Origin: Amoebidium appalachense
Taxonomy: Eukaryota > Protista > Ichthyosporea
DNA: 64,000 bases
Direction of reading: 5' to 3'
Assembly: GCA_963693365.1 (NCBI GenBank)
Contig: CAVNZM010000002.1
Span: forward strand, 1,935,759-1,999,758
Under the pieces are notes generated by a model that had not been told where the DNA came from, searched no databases, and worked only from the letters and a program-made list of their open reading frames with translations. A program made the position numbers and the translations under genes. Of the stretch, positions 1-13,564 are shown in pieces (the first letter of the stretch is position 1; the number at the start of each line of letters is the position of its first letter).

Positions 1-719
1 CCCAGAACAGCCCCCCGTAAATATCAGAACAAAGTATCTTCGATCAAGTTTTTTTCTTAACCACTGCGTTTCACGAACGCGCTCGCTATGAGGTTGGTAA
101 GATTTTATTAGGTTTATAATTCACTTTCTTTGTGCTGAAATGAAGGTTGGAGCAATCGACTCACTAAGCCATCGATCATGACTACCGTAGGCTAGCCTAT
201 TCATAAATCACGAATGAGTTTGGCATCGGCGGACAGTACATGGCATATACGTGGAAGTTACCATCATCGCCAATGTCATTGAATATTGCAGGGTTGGGTG
301 TTATAAGTGAAAGGCACTCCAGTAGTGCATTCTTTTTTGTTCGTGGCTACGTTGTGACAAAGAAAACCTTTTTTTGTTTTTGGACTAATTTTATTCTGCG
401 CTATTATATTATGTAGATCCGAATCTACCCGTGCTCACAGGGCTCTCTGCCATTGGTTGGGCATGCGAACCAATTAGGGACATGCAGCCATGTAATTGGC
501 TCTCTCAGTTGATTGGCTACCGATCCGATTTCACCGCTGACCCAAAAATGTGTGGTGGACATAAACGCCCATTCGTGCGTCCCTGTGTCACACACAGAAT
601 CGAACTGCGCACCATTTCTGGTAGCAAAAATGCAAACAACGTGTGTGCGACACACTTGAGCTCTATCGAGAGCGTATGGATATCTTTTTCATCTTTTGTA
701 CAAATCAAACCGCCATACA

Positions 720-827
720 CCAACACACACACACACACACACACCACACACACAAACACACATCACACAGCACACACAAACACACACCCACACACCCACC
801 CACACACCCACAGACACACACTGTGAC

Positions 828-880
<53 letters not shown>

Positions 881-881
881 A

Positions 882-938
<57 letters not shown>

Positions 939-1120
939 CAACCACACACACTCACACATGTACACTCACACATACATGCATTCACAAACACACACACACA
1001 CACACACCATGTGACACACACACACACATACAGACACACAAACACGTTGACACAGACACACACACACATGCTCGCGTGTGCGGACAGACCAACAAACCAT
1101 ACGCACACACACACACACTG
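720..1120. repeat. (CA)n-rich microsatellite, continued as (GT)n at 8262-8720 across the copia insertion
   Basis: Directly visible dinucleotide repeats; uninterrupted counterpart at ~21370-22250. Confidence 0.95.
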
Positions 1121-1122
1121 AC

Positions 1123-1218
1123 TGTTGGAATACGTCACCATGTATGACAGCAAGAGCCTTGAAGTATGTATGTGTCCTAGCTTGTTTGTATTCGTGTCTG
1201 CTTTCCTCCTTTGTGCTC

Positions 1219-1304
<86 letters not shown>

Positions 1305-2053
1305 CCCCCCCCCCCCCCCCCCCCGTATCTCTCTCTCCCTTGTTTCTGTGGGCACAGATATCTGTAGATCTGTGCACACCTGGCTCTCTTGCCTGATAAG
1401 AACTTATTGTGTTTTATTTCTATTTGCTCTCCTCTGTTTATCTGAGAGGTAGCGTGATTGGCTAGCCTCACTCGTTGTCTTTCCTTTATTTCAAAATGGC
1501 CTAGTTTGTTCTCAAAAGGATGGCTCGCCAATAGTCGCGAGCGAGCACATCTGTAGATTGTGTTGTGCATTCCTGTCTGTTAATATATGTGTGTTGTGAT
1601 TGGACAATAGATATATATGGAATTCGGTTTATTGCAAAGTGTCTTCACTTTGAGAGTGTCGACTGTTAGGAAATATATGTATTTAAATAAGTTTCTTTAT
1701 AGAGACGAACATAAATATATATGTGAGTTAATAGTGACTAGATGTATAATTACTTAATTTATTTAAGTAAGAGTTTCTACACTTTAGTTTAATCGGAAGT
1801 TGGAATGCGTATGCTCTGTCGGAATGTGTTTTTCTATCTTCTGATAGAACCGATTGGTTCTCCCTCTTTAGTTGTGATAAGGTGATAAGTCGCAAGTACA
1901 AAAGGAACCGAGAGCACAATAAAGATTCAGTTGTTGTTTGAAATCTTTCAATGTCTCGTGAACAACTCCGATTGCCCTCTCATTAATGTGTTAGTCGTGT
2001 TTTTACATGACACCTCTGTGCACTCTGCTCCCTTAGACCCGTACAAAACAACA
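1123..2053 (+). repeat. 5' LTR of copia A1
   Basis: TGTTGGAA...AAAACAACA. Near-identical to 7314-8253: I noticed two substitutions plus differences in CT and C-run length. Confidence 0.97.
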
Positions 2054-2066
2054 GGTTAAAGGCCCA
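2054..2066 (+). promoter_or_regulatory. Primer-binding site, variant of the half-tRNAiMet (Hemivirus-type) PBS
   Basis: GGTTAAAGGCCCA directly after the LTR, versus canonical copia GGTTATGGGCCCA (2 mismatches). Confidence 0.6.
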
Positions 2067-2172
2067 TTTTCGCACGCTCTCGCAAACACATACTCTCGCT
2101 GCAATCAAAAATATTCAAATTTGAATACCGATCTGATTCCTCTCTCACGCATCATCTGACTGATTGATCACC

Positions 2173-5100
2173 ATGTCGGAGAAACCTGCGTATCTCAACC
2201 TCACCCCCTGGAAAGGGGATGACACCACGGACAAGAAGTCCGGCAAACGTCTCACCTATTATGAGTGGGAACCCGTCATCTTCCGGTACCTACGTACCAC
2301 CACCGCGGCCAAGTTAGTGCCCGTCATCAAGGCCCCCGAGTGGGTCGACCCTTCCGACGAGAATGAGTGGCACGGCTACGACACTGAGGAGGCCTACACC
2401 GAGGCTTCCAACCTCCTTGAACAGATGTTTACTCAACTCGTCTCCAATGATGAGCTGTATAACTCTGGTCAAATCCACGATGATGTGTCACCTGCCCAAG
2501 CTTTCCACAACCTCCGTATGACCTATGCGGCTGAACGTGAAGATCGTGCTCGTCAAATCCTCCTCGACTACCATGAGCTTGAACTCAAAGACTTCAAGAC
2601 CGTCACGGCCTACCTCACCATGGCACGCCGTCTGTGCACTACCCTGCACATCCTCGAAGAGCCCATTCCTCACAAGACTATGGTTGATAACTTCTTCATC
2701 CACCTCAAGAAGAACCGTAAGTTAGTTTGTACCGACATCCAGGCCATGATTGCCGACTACTTCCGTCGTACCATTAACTACGAGACCTACAACCGTCTAA
2801 TCAGTGACATCAGAGCTGCAGAGATCCGTGAAGGTCTCATCGACTCTGGGTCCGGGTCCTCCTCCACCGTCCGAACAGCACGTGCCCTGCAAAGCCGTGT
2901 ACTCACCAAGGACGACCTCAGACACCGGATCCCCCGACGTGACAGCTCCGTCTCCCGTCACCCCCGCGGTCGTCCCACCGATCGATCCCCCTCAGTTGAC
3001 CGTGATTACTCACGGTCCCGTTCCCCCGGCTATCGTTCCCGGTCACCCTACCCCCCACGTAAAGGGGGTAACCGTCATTCCCAGCCACCCCGAGCCAAGA
3101 CCACTGGCTCCCTCGACTGTGCCTACTGTCACGAAGACCATCATGTCACACAGTGTGACAAACCTGGCTGCTCAATTGCCCGTCGTCACCGTGCCAACAC
3201 CAAGTCTGGAAAAGAGGTGCATTTTGCCCTCGTGTCCACCACGGCCTCCCTACCCATGGACCCCTGCTGGGACTCGGCTTCAAACGTCCACGTGTGCCCA
3301 GTAAAAGAGTACTTCTCTACTCTTGAGCCATGCCCCCCGACTGACGTCCACGGCCTCGGCATCGTCACTGCACATCACCGTGGTGTCATCAACCTGGCCG
3401 TCACCTACAACGGAGTAACATCAGTACTGAGCCTCAACACCCTCTATGTACCCGACTCCCCAGCCTTCCTGATATCACCCTCAATGGCCTCCAAGTCGGG
3501 TCTCCTTGCCCACCTCGATGATGAGGATGCATTCCCATCATACCTCTACACTCGTGGTGGCAACATCGTGTGTTCCCTCACAGGCACAGATGGACTGTAC
3601 TTCATCACTGACTATGAGACACGTCCCTCCATCCCTCGGACCGTCACTGCTCTGGTAGCCAACGTCAAGGTCAACAATGATCCTCAGCTCTGGCACCACC
3701 GTCTCGGCCATCGTGCCCTGTCCACCCTCACCAAGATGGTGAGAGGTGACCTCGTGACAGGCCTCCCCTCATCCCTCTCAGTGGCTGACACCACTGACTG
3801 CTTCGGTTGTGTCTCCGGCAAGACCACCAAGGCCCCATTCTCCGGCACCAGAACCCAGTGCCCCTTCCCCGGTGCCAAGTGGCACATGGACTTCTTCGAG
3901 CCTCCCTGTGCCTCCTATGGTGGCTACAAGGTGGCCCTCGTGTGTACCTGTGATGCCTCCGGCTACACCATCGTGTACCTCCTCCGTGATCGATCCGAAA
4001 CTCTCGAATACGTCAAGGCCCTGGTTGAGACTACTGACAAGCAACCCGACAAGGTGGTGACCCACTTCCGTTCAGACTCTGGGTCCGAGTTCACCTCCCA
4101 CGCTATGGAGCAGTACTGCCAGTCCAAGGGCATCATTCAAGAATTTGCCCCGGTTGACTGCCCCCAACTCAACGGCTTCGTTGAACGTAAGATGAGGGAT
4201 CTGCAGGAGATCGTTCGGTGCTTCCTTCATCAGGACAAGGCCGACTCCCTTTCCCCCAAACTGTGGGGAGCTGCTCTCAAGCATGCTGCCTACATCATCA
4301 ACGTGACCCCGGCCAGAGCTGCCAATGGCCGTACACCGTTTGAAATTTTCTACGGTGTCAAGCCTGACATCTCCCACCTGCACGTGTTCGGCTGCCCAGC
4401 CTATGTACACGTCCCTGCATCCAAACGAGACAAGTTGGCCTCTACCGTCAAACTCGGCACCTACGTGGGCTGGGATATCACCAACAAAGCCCACAAGATC
4501 ATGAATCTACGTGGCAACACGGTCAACCTCTACCGCGATGTCGTCTTCGACGAATCACAATTCACCACGGCATCCAATCAGATTTCTGTGCAGGCCACCA
4601 ATCAGACGACCTCAATCGATTCATCCCTGCATTCCGGAAATTCCAATTCCGATGACGATGAAATTCCGTCGGTGATTATCCGTCGTTCCCCCCGTCGTGT
4701 ACCTGCCCCCGTGGCTCCGCCCACCCCCCCCCCCCACCGGTCAGCAACCCCTGCTGCCGGCCCCTGCCGTCAATGACCACGTACCTGGTCATCTCACCCC
4801 GGTTCGTCCTGGGTCTCCGGAGTTCCACTCGGCCCCGTCCAGCCCCGTGTTATCCGACTCCCCCCTCAACACGGCACCCATCCCTGGCTTCCAGGCCCCC
4901 ATCCCCGACCACCGAGTGTCTGTCACAGACAACCCCCCGGCCCCTGAGCCCCTCCGTACCGTTCCCCGTCGTTCCTCCCGTCTCTCCTCCCGGCCTGCTA
5001 TGGCTATGGTGAGCATCTCCCGACCCAGCCTTGATGTGTCTCAGCTGCCCCGGTCAATTCAGAAGCTGTGCTCTGGCACCAAGGGTGATGAAGTGGTGAC

Positions 5101-6595
5101 TGCCCTCACTGCCGAGTACAAGGCTTTCATCGACAAGGACATCTTCGACGTAGTTGAGCCCCCCTCCGATGCCAACATCATCCGATTCAAGTGGATTGTC
5201 ACGGAGAAGGTCCTCAACTCTGCTGGTGACACCAAGATCAAGGGTCGTGGTGTGGCCAAGGGTTTTACCCAAGTCTACGGTGTTGACTACGGTGAAAACT
5301 CTTCCCCCGTCGTCATGTCCTCCTCCGTCCGTGCCCTGCTTGCCCTCGGTGTGCAACAGGACCACGAGATCCATCAACTCGACATCAGCACGGCCTTCCT
5401 CAACAGCCCCCTCGACGAGACTTTGTACATGGAGCAACCTCCTGGTTTTATCCTCCCTGGCAATGAACACAAAGTCTGGAAACTCAAGAAGGCCATCTAC
5501 GGACTCAAGCAGGCATCCCTGGCATGGTACGAGTTCTTCAACTCCATTCTCATTGCCCACGGCCTCACCCGTCTCCGTTCCGATCCGTGTGTCTACTTCC
5601 GTCAGTTCCCCAACGGGCACATCATCCGTTCGGGCAACTACGTTGATGATGCCATCATCACCTGCACACTGAACTCCACCATCATGCAGGGGCTTGTTCG
5701 TCACATCACGAAGTCTGCCGAGTGCAAGGTCGGTCTGCCAGACATCTTCCTCGGCACCCAACTGCTGTACACCCGTGACTCCCTCAAGCTGCTGCAGTCC
5801 TCCTACATCAAGGACATCATCACCGACTTCAACCTGGTCGATGCCAAGCCTAAGGCCACCCCTATTCCCGTGGGCACCATCATCAACGAGACCTCCCACT
5901 CATCCCTGCCCACCACCGTCCCCTACCGTGAACTCCTCGGCCGTCTGTTGTGGGTTGCTCGGTGCTCCCGGCCTGACATCTCGTATGCCATTGGCTACCT
6001 CGGCCGATTCAGCTCCAAGCCCACCAAGACTGCCTGGGAGCTTCTCCTCCGTGTCGTTCGTTACCTGCTCGGCACCATCAACCTCGGCCTCTACTACAAG
6101 AAGAAGGCCCCCAACAGCAAGGTGCCCATCCTTGAGTGCTACTCGGATTCTGACTTTGCTGGTTGCCCCACCACCCGTCGTTCCACGTCTGGGTACGTCA
6201 TCCTCCTCGAAGGCTCCCCCGTCACCTACCACTCCAAGCTGCAGACGATCACTGCAACCTCCACGTGTGAGGCCGAGCTCCTGGCCCTCAATGCTGCCGT
6301 GCAAGATGTTGTCTGGCACCGTGATCTACTAAAGGAGCTGGGCTACCCCATGACCGAGCCCACCCCCGTGTACTGTGACAATCAGTCCACCATTGCTCTG
6401 GTCCACTCCAACACCATCAAGCACCGGACCAAGCACATTGCCGTTCGTTACTTCAACACAAAGGACTACATCAACAGTGGGGACGTCACTGTCACCTACA
6501 TCGACACCAAGAAGAACCTGGCCGACATCTTCACCAAGCCTCTGGCTGGTACGGCCCACGACACACACCGTGCCAACCTCAGTCTCCGTGACTGA
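2173..6595 (+). CDS. Copia Gag-Pol polyprotein, with one +1 frameshift in the C-run at 4724-4735
   Basis: Zn knuckle CAYCHEDHHVTQC, protease WDSASNVH, WHHRLGH...CFGC, integrase HMD/RSDSGSEF/NGFVER, RT QLDISTAFLN and NYVDD, RNase H YSDSDFAG/EAE/CDNQS/ADIFTK. The two ORFs 2164..4776 and 4697..6595 join in frame in copy A2. Confidence 0.93.
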
Positions 6596-7304
6596 CCCGT
6601 GCACTGGTGTTCATCATCGAGTGGTTTCTGAGTAGGTTGGGGCCCTGGACAGCAGTTGACACACCTACGGTGATCAAGATGCCTCCCAACGAAAGTCTAC
6701 TACTCCTCATCGTTTCTCTTCATCAGTGGGGACTCAGTCTTCCATCGTCATATGTGTGCATCTTCAGTGGGGATTATTCTCCACCATCCGTCGTTTATTT
6801 ATATTCATATCCCACCATATATATTGGTTTTCTTCTATATTCGACTTATATATATGTCGAACTGGGATGGCGTCCCAGTATAAATAATTATCTATAGCCA
6901 TGACGTGCTGGTTGACTGCCAGTCTAAACCTAGTCCACGGGATGCACCTTCCCCGTGTCTTAACTGGTTGACCACCAGTCTATAAATCAGTCCACAAGAT
7001 GTTCATGTCTTGTGTTTACCTGGGTGGTCCCCAGTATAAACCATTAGCCACCAACACGTCACACATACACTAGTGTTTCCTATCTATATATATATATCGC
7101 CGATAACCACCATGATTTCTTATTTCGAGTCTTCAGAGGCAACCGTCGTTGTGTGCCTCTTCAGTTTTGATTCTCTCCTTCCCACCTCAAGGATCTTCGG
7201 TTTGCATCCTCGAGTGGGGAAACTTGAGTGTGACGGCCCCTCCTGTGTTTGGACCCCATCTACCGTCACATCAACAGACACGAGAACACAAACTTCAACC
7301 CCTT

Positions 7305-7313
7305 GAGTGGGGA
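7305..7313 (+). promoter_or_regulatory. Polypurine tract of copia A1
   Basis: GAGTGGGGA directly before the 3' LTR. Confidence 0.8.
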
Positions 7314-7436
7314 TGTTGGAATACGTCACCATGTATGACAGCAAGAGCCTTGAAGTATGTATGTGTCCTAGCTTGTTTGTATTCGTGTCTGCTTTCCTCC
7401 TTTGTGCTCTCTCTCTCTCCCTCTCTCTCTCTCTCT

Positions 7437-7495
<59 letters not shown>

Positions 7496-8253
7496 CTCCC
7501 CCCCCCCCCCCCCCCCCCCCCCCCGTATCTCTCTCTCCCTTGTTTCTGTGGGCACAGATATCTGTAGATCTGTGCACACCTGGCTCTCTTGCCTGATAAG
7601 AACTTATTGTGTTTTATTTCTATTTGCTCTCCTCTGTTTATCTGAGAGGTAGCGTGATTGGCTAGCCTCACTCGTTGTCTTTCCTTTATTTCAAAATGGC
7701 CTAGTTTGTTCTCAAAAGGATGGCTCGCCAATAGTCGCGAGCGAGTACATCTGTAGATTGTGTTGTGCATTCCTGTCTGTTAATATATGTGTGTTGTGAT
7801 TGGACAATAGATATATATGGAATTCGGTTTATTGCAAAGTGTCTTCACTTTGAGAGTGTCGACTGTTAGGAAATATATGTATTTAAATAAGTTTCTTTAT
7901 AGAGACGAACATAAATATATATGTGAGTTAATAGTGACTAGATGTATAATTACTTAATTTATTTAAGTAAGAGTTTCTACACTTTAGTTTAATCGGAAGT
8001 TGGAATGCGTATGCTCTGTCGGAATGTGTTTTTCTATCTTCTGATAGAACCGATTGGTTCTCCCTCTTTAGTTGTGATAAGGTGATAAGTCACAAGTACA
8101 AAAGGAACCGAGAGCACAATAAAGATTCAGTTGTTGTTTGAAATCTTTCAATGTCTCGTGAACAACTCCGATTGCCCTCTCATTAATGTGTTAGTCGTGT
8201 TTTTACATGACACCTCTGTGCACTCTGCTCCCTTAGACCCGTACAAAACAACA
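7314..8253 (+). repeat. 3' LTR of copia A1
   Basis: Direct repeat of 1123-2053, followed by TSD CTGAC. Confidence 0.97.
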
Positions 8254-8383
8254 CTGACACCGTGTGTGTGTGGGTTTGTGTGTGTGTGTATATACGGCTC
8301 ATGTGCCACGTGAGTATGTGTGCGCGTCTGGGTGTGCCGTGTCACATGTGTGTACACGTGTGCGTGCGTGTTTGCGCGTGTGC

Positions 8384-8420
<37 letters not shown>

Positions 8421-8578
8421 TGTGTGTGTACGTGTTCGTGTGTGTGTGTGTGTCACGAGTGTGTGTGTGTGTATGTGTGCACGCACCGTGTGCCACGTGT
8501 GTGTGTGTGTGTGTGTGTGTGCGTGTGTGTGTGCGTGCATGCGTGCGCCTCGTGTCTGTCTGTGTTTGTGTTTGTGTG

Positions 8579-8660
<82 letters not shown>

Positions 8661-9028
8661 ATGGTTGTGCCGGTGTGTGTGTGTGTGCATCTTTGCCTGT
8701 GTGTGTGTGTGTGGTGTCGCACACACACACACACATAATGGATTTGGGCATCCGCTTTACGACATCAATGTTTTTTTGTTTTTTTTACTTTTCTACCTTG
8801 GTGAGACACAGTCGCCCACCGGGCCATCTGTACCCTCTGCCAATTTCTCTAGTCGGCCGGGGCCGGTTGAGCTACCTATTTGAGCACTTTAGTAGCACCT
8901 AGGTGTTACGACATTAAAGTACATCATACGGTATGGTCGTTTATCATTTTTCGAATTTATCCCAGTCCCTCCCCCTGGGAATTCATTACAGCTCATTCAT
9001 TACAGATTACGCAATAAGTTCGAACATC

Positions 9029-9037
9029 TATATATAT

Positions 9038-9121
<84 letters not shown>
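9029..9121. repeat. (TA)n microsatellite (shorter counterpart at ~21054-21091)
   Basis: Directly visible. Confidence 0.95.
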
Positions 9122-9125
<4 letters not shown>

Positions 9126-9323
9126 ACATTGAACGGTGTTACAACAGCGCTTACTTCTGAATTTTCAGGTATGCGGTTTGGTATGGCCTGATTGGTTGTT
9201 TGTATTTTGCTCTTACCTCCATCAAAATTTGTTAACACACACACACACACAGGTGCCTAAGTACATGTATGCATACACATCTCCCTATCGTATCTACATG
9301 CACACATGTCCACTTCACACACC

Positions 9324-10746
9324 CTACAACCCCTTAACCCACTGAATGATCCTCTCAAGCTCCCTCACAGCAATCTCAATCTTGGCCGGTCCTTCGATCA
9401 CTTGTATCATACCATGGTAGCACCCTTTCATCAACCTGTGCTCCACCTTCACCCCCTCCTCCCCCAACCTGCGACTGTACGCCTCGTCCTCGCTCCGCAA
9501 CAGGTCATACTCACACACGGCCATGTACGTTTCGGGAAGGTGTGCGAGCGACTGTGCGCGAAGGGGGGTGATGTAAGGGTCAATGCCGGTGTGGTTCAGA
9601 GGGAGGTAGTGGTTCCAGAACCACCACAAGAGTTGCGGGGAAAGGAGCGTGCTTGGCCCGTATTTTCTAGCGGTTTGCGTCAGCAAGTTTACGTCGACCG
9701 CCGGATAAATGAGCACTTGCGCGCGCAGTTTAACGTCGTTGGTTAAAGGCGTGTCGCGAAGTTTAAGCGCCATCACCGCGGCCAAATTTCCGCCCGCGCT
9801 ATCTCCACCCACGACTATCCTGTTCTTGTCAATGTTCAATTTTTCATGATTTTCCATGACATATCTCACCACGCTCTCGCACGCGTTGGGCGCCGCCGGA
9901 TACCGGTGTTCGGGTGCCAGGGGATATTCGATTGAAATTACAGTGTATCCGGATTTTGCAGCTATATGGACGGTAATGGCTTCATGTGAGTCTATGTTAT
10001 ATATGGCCCACCCACCACCGTGGATAAATATGAAAACGCCTGGCTTTTCCTTGTTTTCCCCGAAATTTGGGGTTTTGGGGGTGTAGATGCGCACTGGCAC
10101 GTTGTCCGACCCCATGGTTGTATCTTGTATCTGCAGAGGGAGGGGGGAGGAAGAGGGGAGGAGGGGGGAGAGGGGGAGGGGGCAGGGGGCGGGGGGAGGA
10201 GGGGGGGGGGGGGGGGGGTAATGTGAAAGGTAAGAGAACCAAAGAGATGGGGAAAGGGAGGGGGGGGGAGGGGGGGGGGGGGGGGGTTAGTTTAATGTGA
10301 AAGGTAAGGGAACCAAAGAGATGGGGAAAGGGAGGGGGGGGGGGGGGGGGGGGGGGTTGGTTTTATGTGAAAAGGAAGGAAACCAAAGAGATTAGGAAAG
10401 GGGAGAGGGGGGGGGGGGGGGGGTTGGTTTTAATGTGAAACGGAAGGGAACCAAAGAAATGGGGAGAGGGAGGGGGGAGGGAGGGGTGGTTTAATGTGAA
10501 AGGGAAGGAAACCAAAGAGATGGGGAGAGGGGGGGGGGGGGGGAGAGTGCAGAAATACAATCAGAAGGCTGGGGGATGGATAAAACAGCAGGAACGAGGG
10601 AAGGAAGGGGGGGGGGGGGAAGGGAAGGAAAGATGGATGAAGAGAGGAAGACGGGGGATAGGGAGGGGGCGGGTGGAGGAGGCGGAGGAAGGGAATGGGG
10701 AAAAGAGAGAAGGGAAGAGGGGCTCGGGAAGGGGGTGGGGAGAGAG

Positions 10747-10790
<44 letters not shown>

Positions 10791-11676
10791 GAGAGAGCGA
10801 GAGAGAAAAGGCAGAGAATTGAGCAACAGAGCGAGAGAAAATGTAGATGGAAAACGTGGAATATGGTGGGAAGGGTTGCGGGAGCAAGAGGGAATGTGCA
10901 AGACAAGCACACCGCAAACCCCAAATGCGGGAAATGCAAAAGAATGCATACCACCCTTCAGCCACAAGAAGGCCACAACAAAAGTCACCCAGGTCCCTCC
11001 CCCCCACCCCCCCCCCTCTCCCTCCCCTCCCGGCGGCGGCCCCCAGCCCCCCTCCCATTCCCCTGGCCCCCCCTCCAACCCCCTACTGCCTCTTTCCTAC
11101 CCCCCGTACCCCCCCCCCCCCCCCCACCCCACCCCCTCCCCCCACCCCCTTCAACCCTTTAACCCCACCTCTCTCTCGTTCTTACTCCCTCTCTCAGACA
11201 GATAGAAGATGGGGAGTTTGGGGGGGGGGGGGTTTTGAATGCGTCAAAAAATACGAAGTACACAAGAACAAACGGATAACACGATGCAGAATGCAAGCCA
11301 TACATAAAGAGTATGCATAATAAGCAGAGCCCATCCTCAGGGGGGGCCCACGTCATCCACAGTACCCGAGTTTCGACCTATTCCCCTCGTTAACGAAACC
11401 CAACTCAGATACTGTTTCACTTGAACATGAGTAGGTCACCCGTCTTGATCAGAGACGAGCAGGGTTGCTTATGCAGGCAAGGGCAGTGGGAAAGGCCGGG
11501 GGTTAAAGTTGCAGCAGTAAGCAGAAGCAAGAAAAATATAGATAGGAACTCAGGAGACGGGGCTTCTAGGAGGGGGGGGGGGGGGGGGGGGTGTAGTGCA
11601 TTTGTGTGCGTGTGCGTGCGTGCACGCCCGTGTGCGCGCACGTGTTTGTGTGTGTGTGTGTTTGTGTGTGGGTGGG

Positions 11677-11714
<38 letters not shown>

Positions 11715-11831
11715 TGGGTGTGGGTGTGTGGGTGTGGGTGTACGTGTGTGTGTGCATGTGTGCGCCTTGAAGAGGGGTGGAGGGAGGGGGGGTTGGGGAA
11801 AGGAACAGTTGTGGAGGAGGGTGTATGTGTA

Positions 11832-11905
<74 letters not shown>

Positions 11906-12006
11906 GGAAGAGGGGTGGAGGAAGGAGGGTAGGGGGAAGTGAATGGTGACATGTGTATTTCTGTGTGTGTGTGTGTGTGTGTGCTTGTGAACACTTGTGT
12001 AAGTGT

Positions 12007-12046
<40 letters not shown>

Positions 12047-12849
12047 CACTTGTGCAAGTGTTAGTGTGTGTGTGTGTGTGTGTGCCACGGTCTGAGCGTG
12101 TGTGTTTGTGCCACGGTGTGTGTGTGTGTGTGTGGGGCGAGAGGGGGAGGGTGGGTTTTGGGGGGGGGGGGGGGGGGGAGGGGAGTCTGAGAGTATGGGA
12201 ACATGGAAAGCCAGAACATGCTACCCATCCTCTTCCCCGTTTTCCCAACCATCCTCCATTCTTTCCCAATCAAACTGTGGCTCCTTTCATATTTCTCCCC
12301 CACTCTCCATTATTCCCCCTTCCCCTTTCTAATCTCGTCTCTGTTTTTCATTCTTTGACTTCTCTCTTTACGAACACCCTTCAGTCCGCCCATTAAAAAA
12401 ATCAACATCCCCCCTCATCTTCACTAGATCTCCCTGCCTTGCCTCCTCAGTTCCCAGCTTCTTCCATTCTCACCCTCCCCCTCTTTCTCTCTCTCTGTTG
12501 ACCTCGACTTATTCTTTCCCTTTCTTTGCTCCTCTCCTCCCAAGCACCTTCTCTAGAAAGCCAAAATCCCAACGTGAAGGTGGGCGCCTTTAGGGAACCT
12601 ACCAAGAGCTCTTGGGCCAGCGGAGAAAATATCCTTTGGCGTTAATGCAATACCCGCTCGAAAGAAACTCGCCCCGTTGTCGTTGGTAAATGGTTTTACA
12701 AGCCTGGTTAGGAAAAACAAACCCGTCGTCACCCTTTCAAAAACAACCCCTTGCCACGGCATGCCCTCGTGGAATTGGGGGGGAGACAAAACCCATGCCA
12801 GAAAAACCAAAAAGAATACTTGTTTGACCGGTAGGGACGACATATTCAT
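9324..12849 (-). CDS. Two-exon HSL-family alpha/beta hydrolase (AADAC/NCEH1-like), left-arm copy. Exon 1 12849-12603, exon 2 10130-9324; +1 frameshift in exon 1
   Basis: Exon 2 has [20 protein letters not shown] and GCYHG. Exon 1 encodes a hydrophobic N-terminal anchor ([11 protein letters not shown]). Donor TTG|GTAGGT, acceptor poly-C..CTGCAG. Exon 1 is 247 nt because of an extra T in GATATTTTCTCC. Confidence 0.82.
10219..10545 (+). repeat. ~60-bp G-rich minisatellite (TAATGTGAAAGG..AACCAAAGAGATGGGG+polyG), ~6 units, in the esterase intron
   Basis: Unit starts visible near 10219, 10293, 10363, 10430 and 10492; mirrored at ~19680-19935. Confidence 0.85.
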
Positions 12850-13196
12850 TTTCTCTACCTCGGCATGCGCAAGCCAGCGGGTAAATTCGGAAAAGGTTAG
12901 TTGTGAAACACTTCTTTTCTTTTTTTCTGTTGTTTTTCCTTTCTGTCGTTTTTTTTTGTATTTATATTCGTCTGCAAAAACTTCGGCCGAGCTGCCGGAA
13001 ACGTGATTGGCTCTGAGGCACATGGGTTCGGGGTGCTTTGATTGGCCAGCCGAGACAAATAAAATTTTATTTGCTCTCGCAGTCGTCAAAATTCGCCAAC
13101 TGGCACATGTACAGGCCTAGGCACCGCCACGACTCACGGAGAGGCTGTCGGAGCCTGACTCGGAGAGAGACAGAGAGAGGGAGAGATAGGGGGAGA

Positions 13197-13237
<41 letters not shown>

Positions 13238-13254
13238 GGGGGGGGGGGGGAGAG

Positions 13255-13289
13255 AAGGGGAGAGAGAGAGAGAGAGAGAGCTCTCGAGG

Positions 13290-13322
<33 letters not shown>

Positions 13323-13382
13323 CGAGAGAGAGAGAGAGAGAGAGATCTAGAGAGATCCAGAGAGAGAGATCTAGATAGTCTC

Positions 13383-13472
<90 letters not shown>

Positions 13473-13485
13473 ATAGAGAGAGAGC

Positions 13486-13560
<75 letters not shown>
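13255..13560. repeat. (GA)n microsatellite preceded by poly-G (mirror (CT)n at ~17014-17340)
   Basis: Directly visible. Confidence 0.95.

Positions 13561-13564
<4 letters not shown>

Larger units (their letters stand above)
1123..8253 (+). mobile_element. Full-length Ty1/copia LTR retrotransposon, family A (copy A1)
   Basis: Two TG...CA LTRs (1123-2053, 7314-8253), 5-bp TSD CTGAC (1118-1122, 8254-8258), PBS-like sequence after the 5' LTR, PPT before the 3' LTR, domain order gag-PR-IN-RT-RH. Confidence 0.97.

Noticed and set aside
643-1570. Long HT/CV/ER/LS-repeat ORFs here and throughout (8148-8902, 11417-12396, 13038-13619, 18197-19061, 21218-22372, 40403-41064, 62350-62896)
   Set aside because: They are translations of stop-free microsatellites.
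4697-4776. Programmed gag/pol frameshift in copia A1
   Set aside because: The break lies in the IN-RT linker at a C12 run, and copy A2 has C17 and reads through in frame. It is a homopolymer error or a private mutation.
5054-6604. Long antisense or alternative-frame ORFs in copia, Ngaro and LINE sequences
   Set aside because: They are shadows of C-rich codon bias and show no domain motifs.
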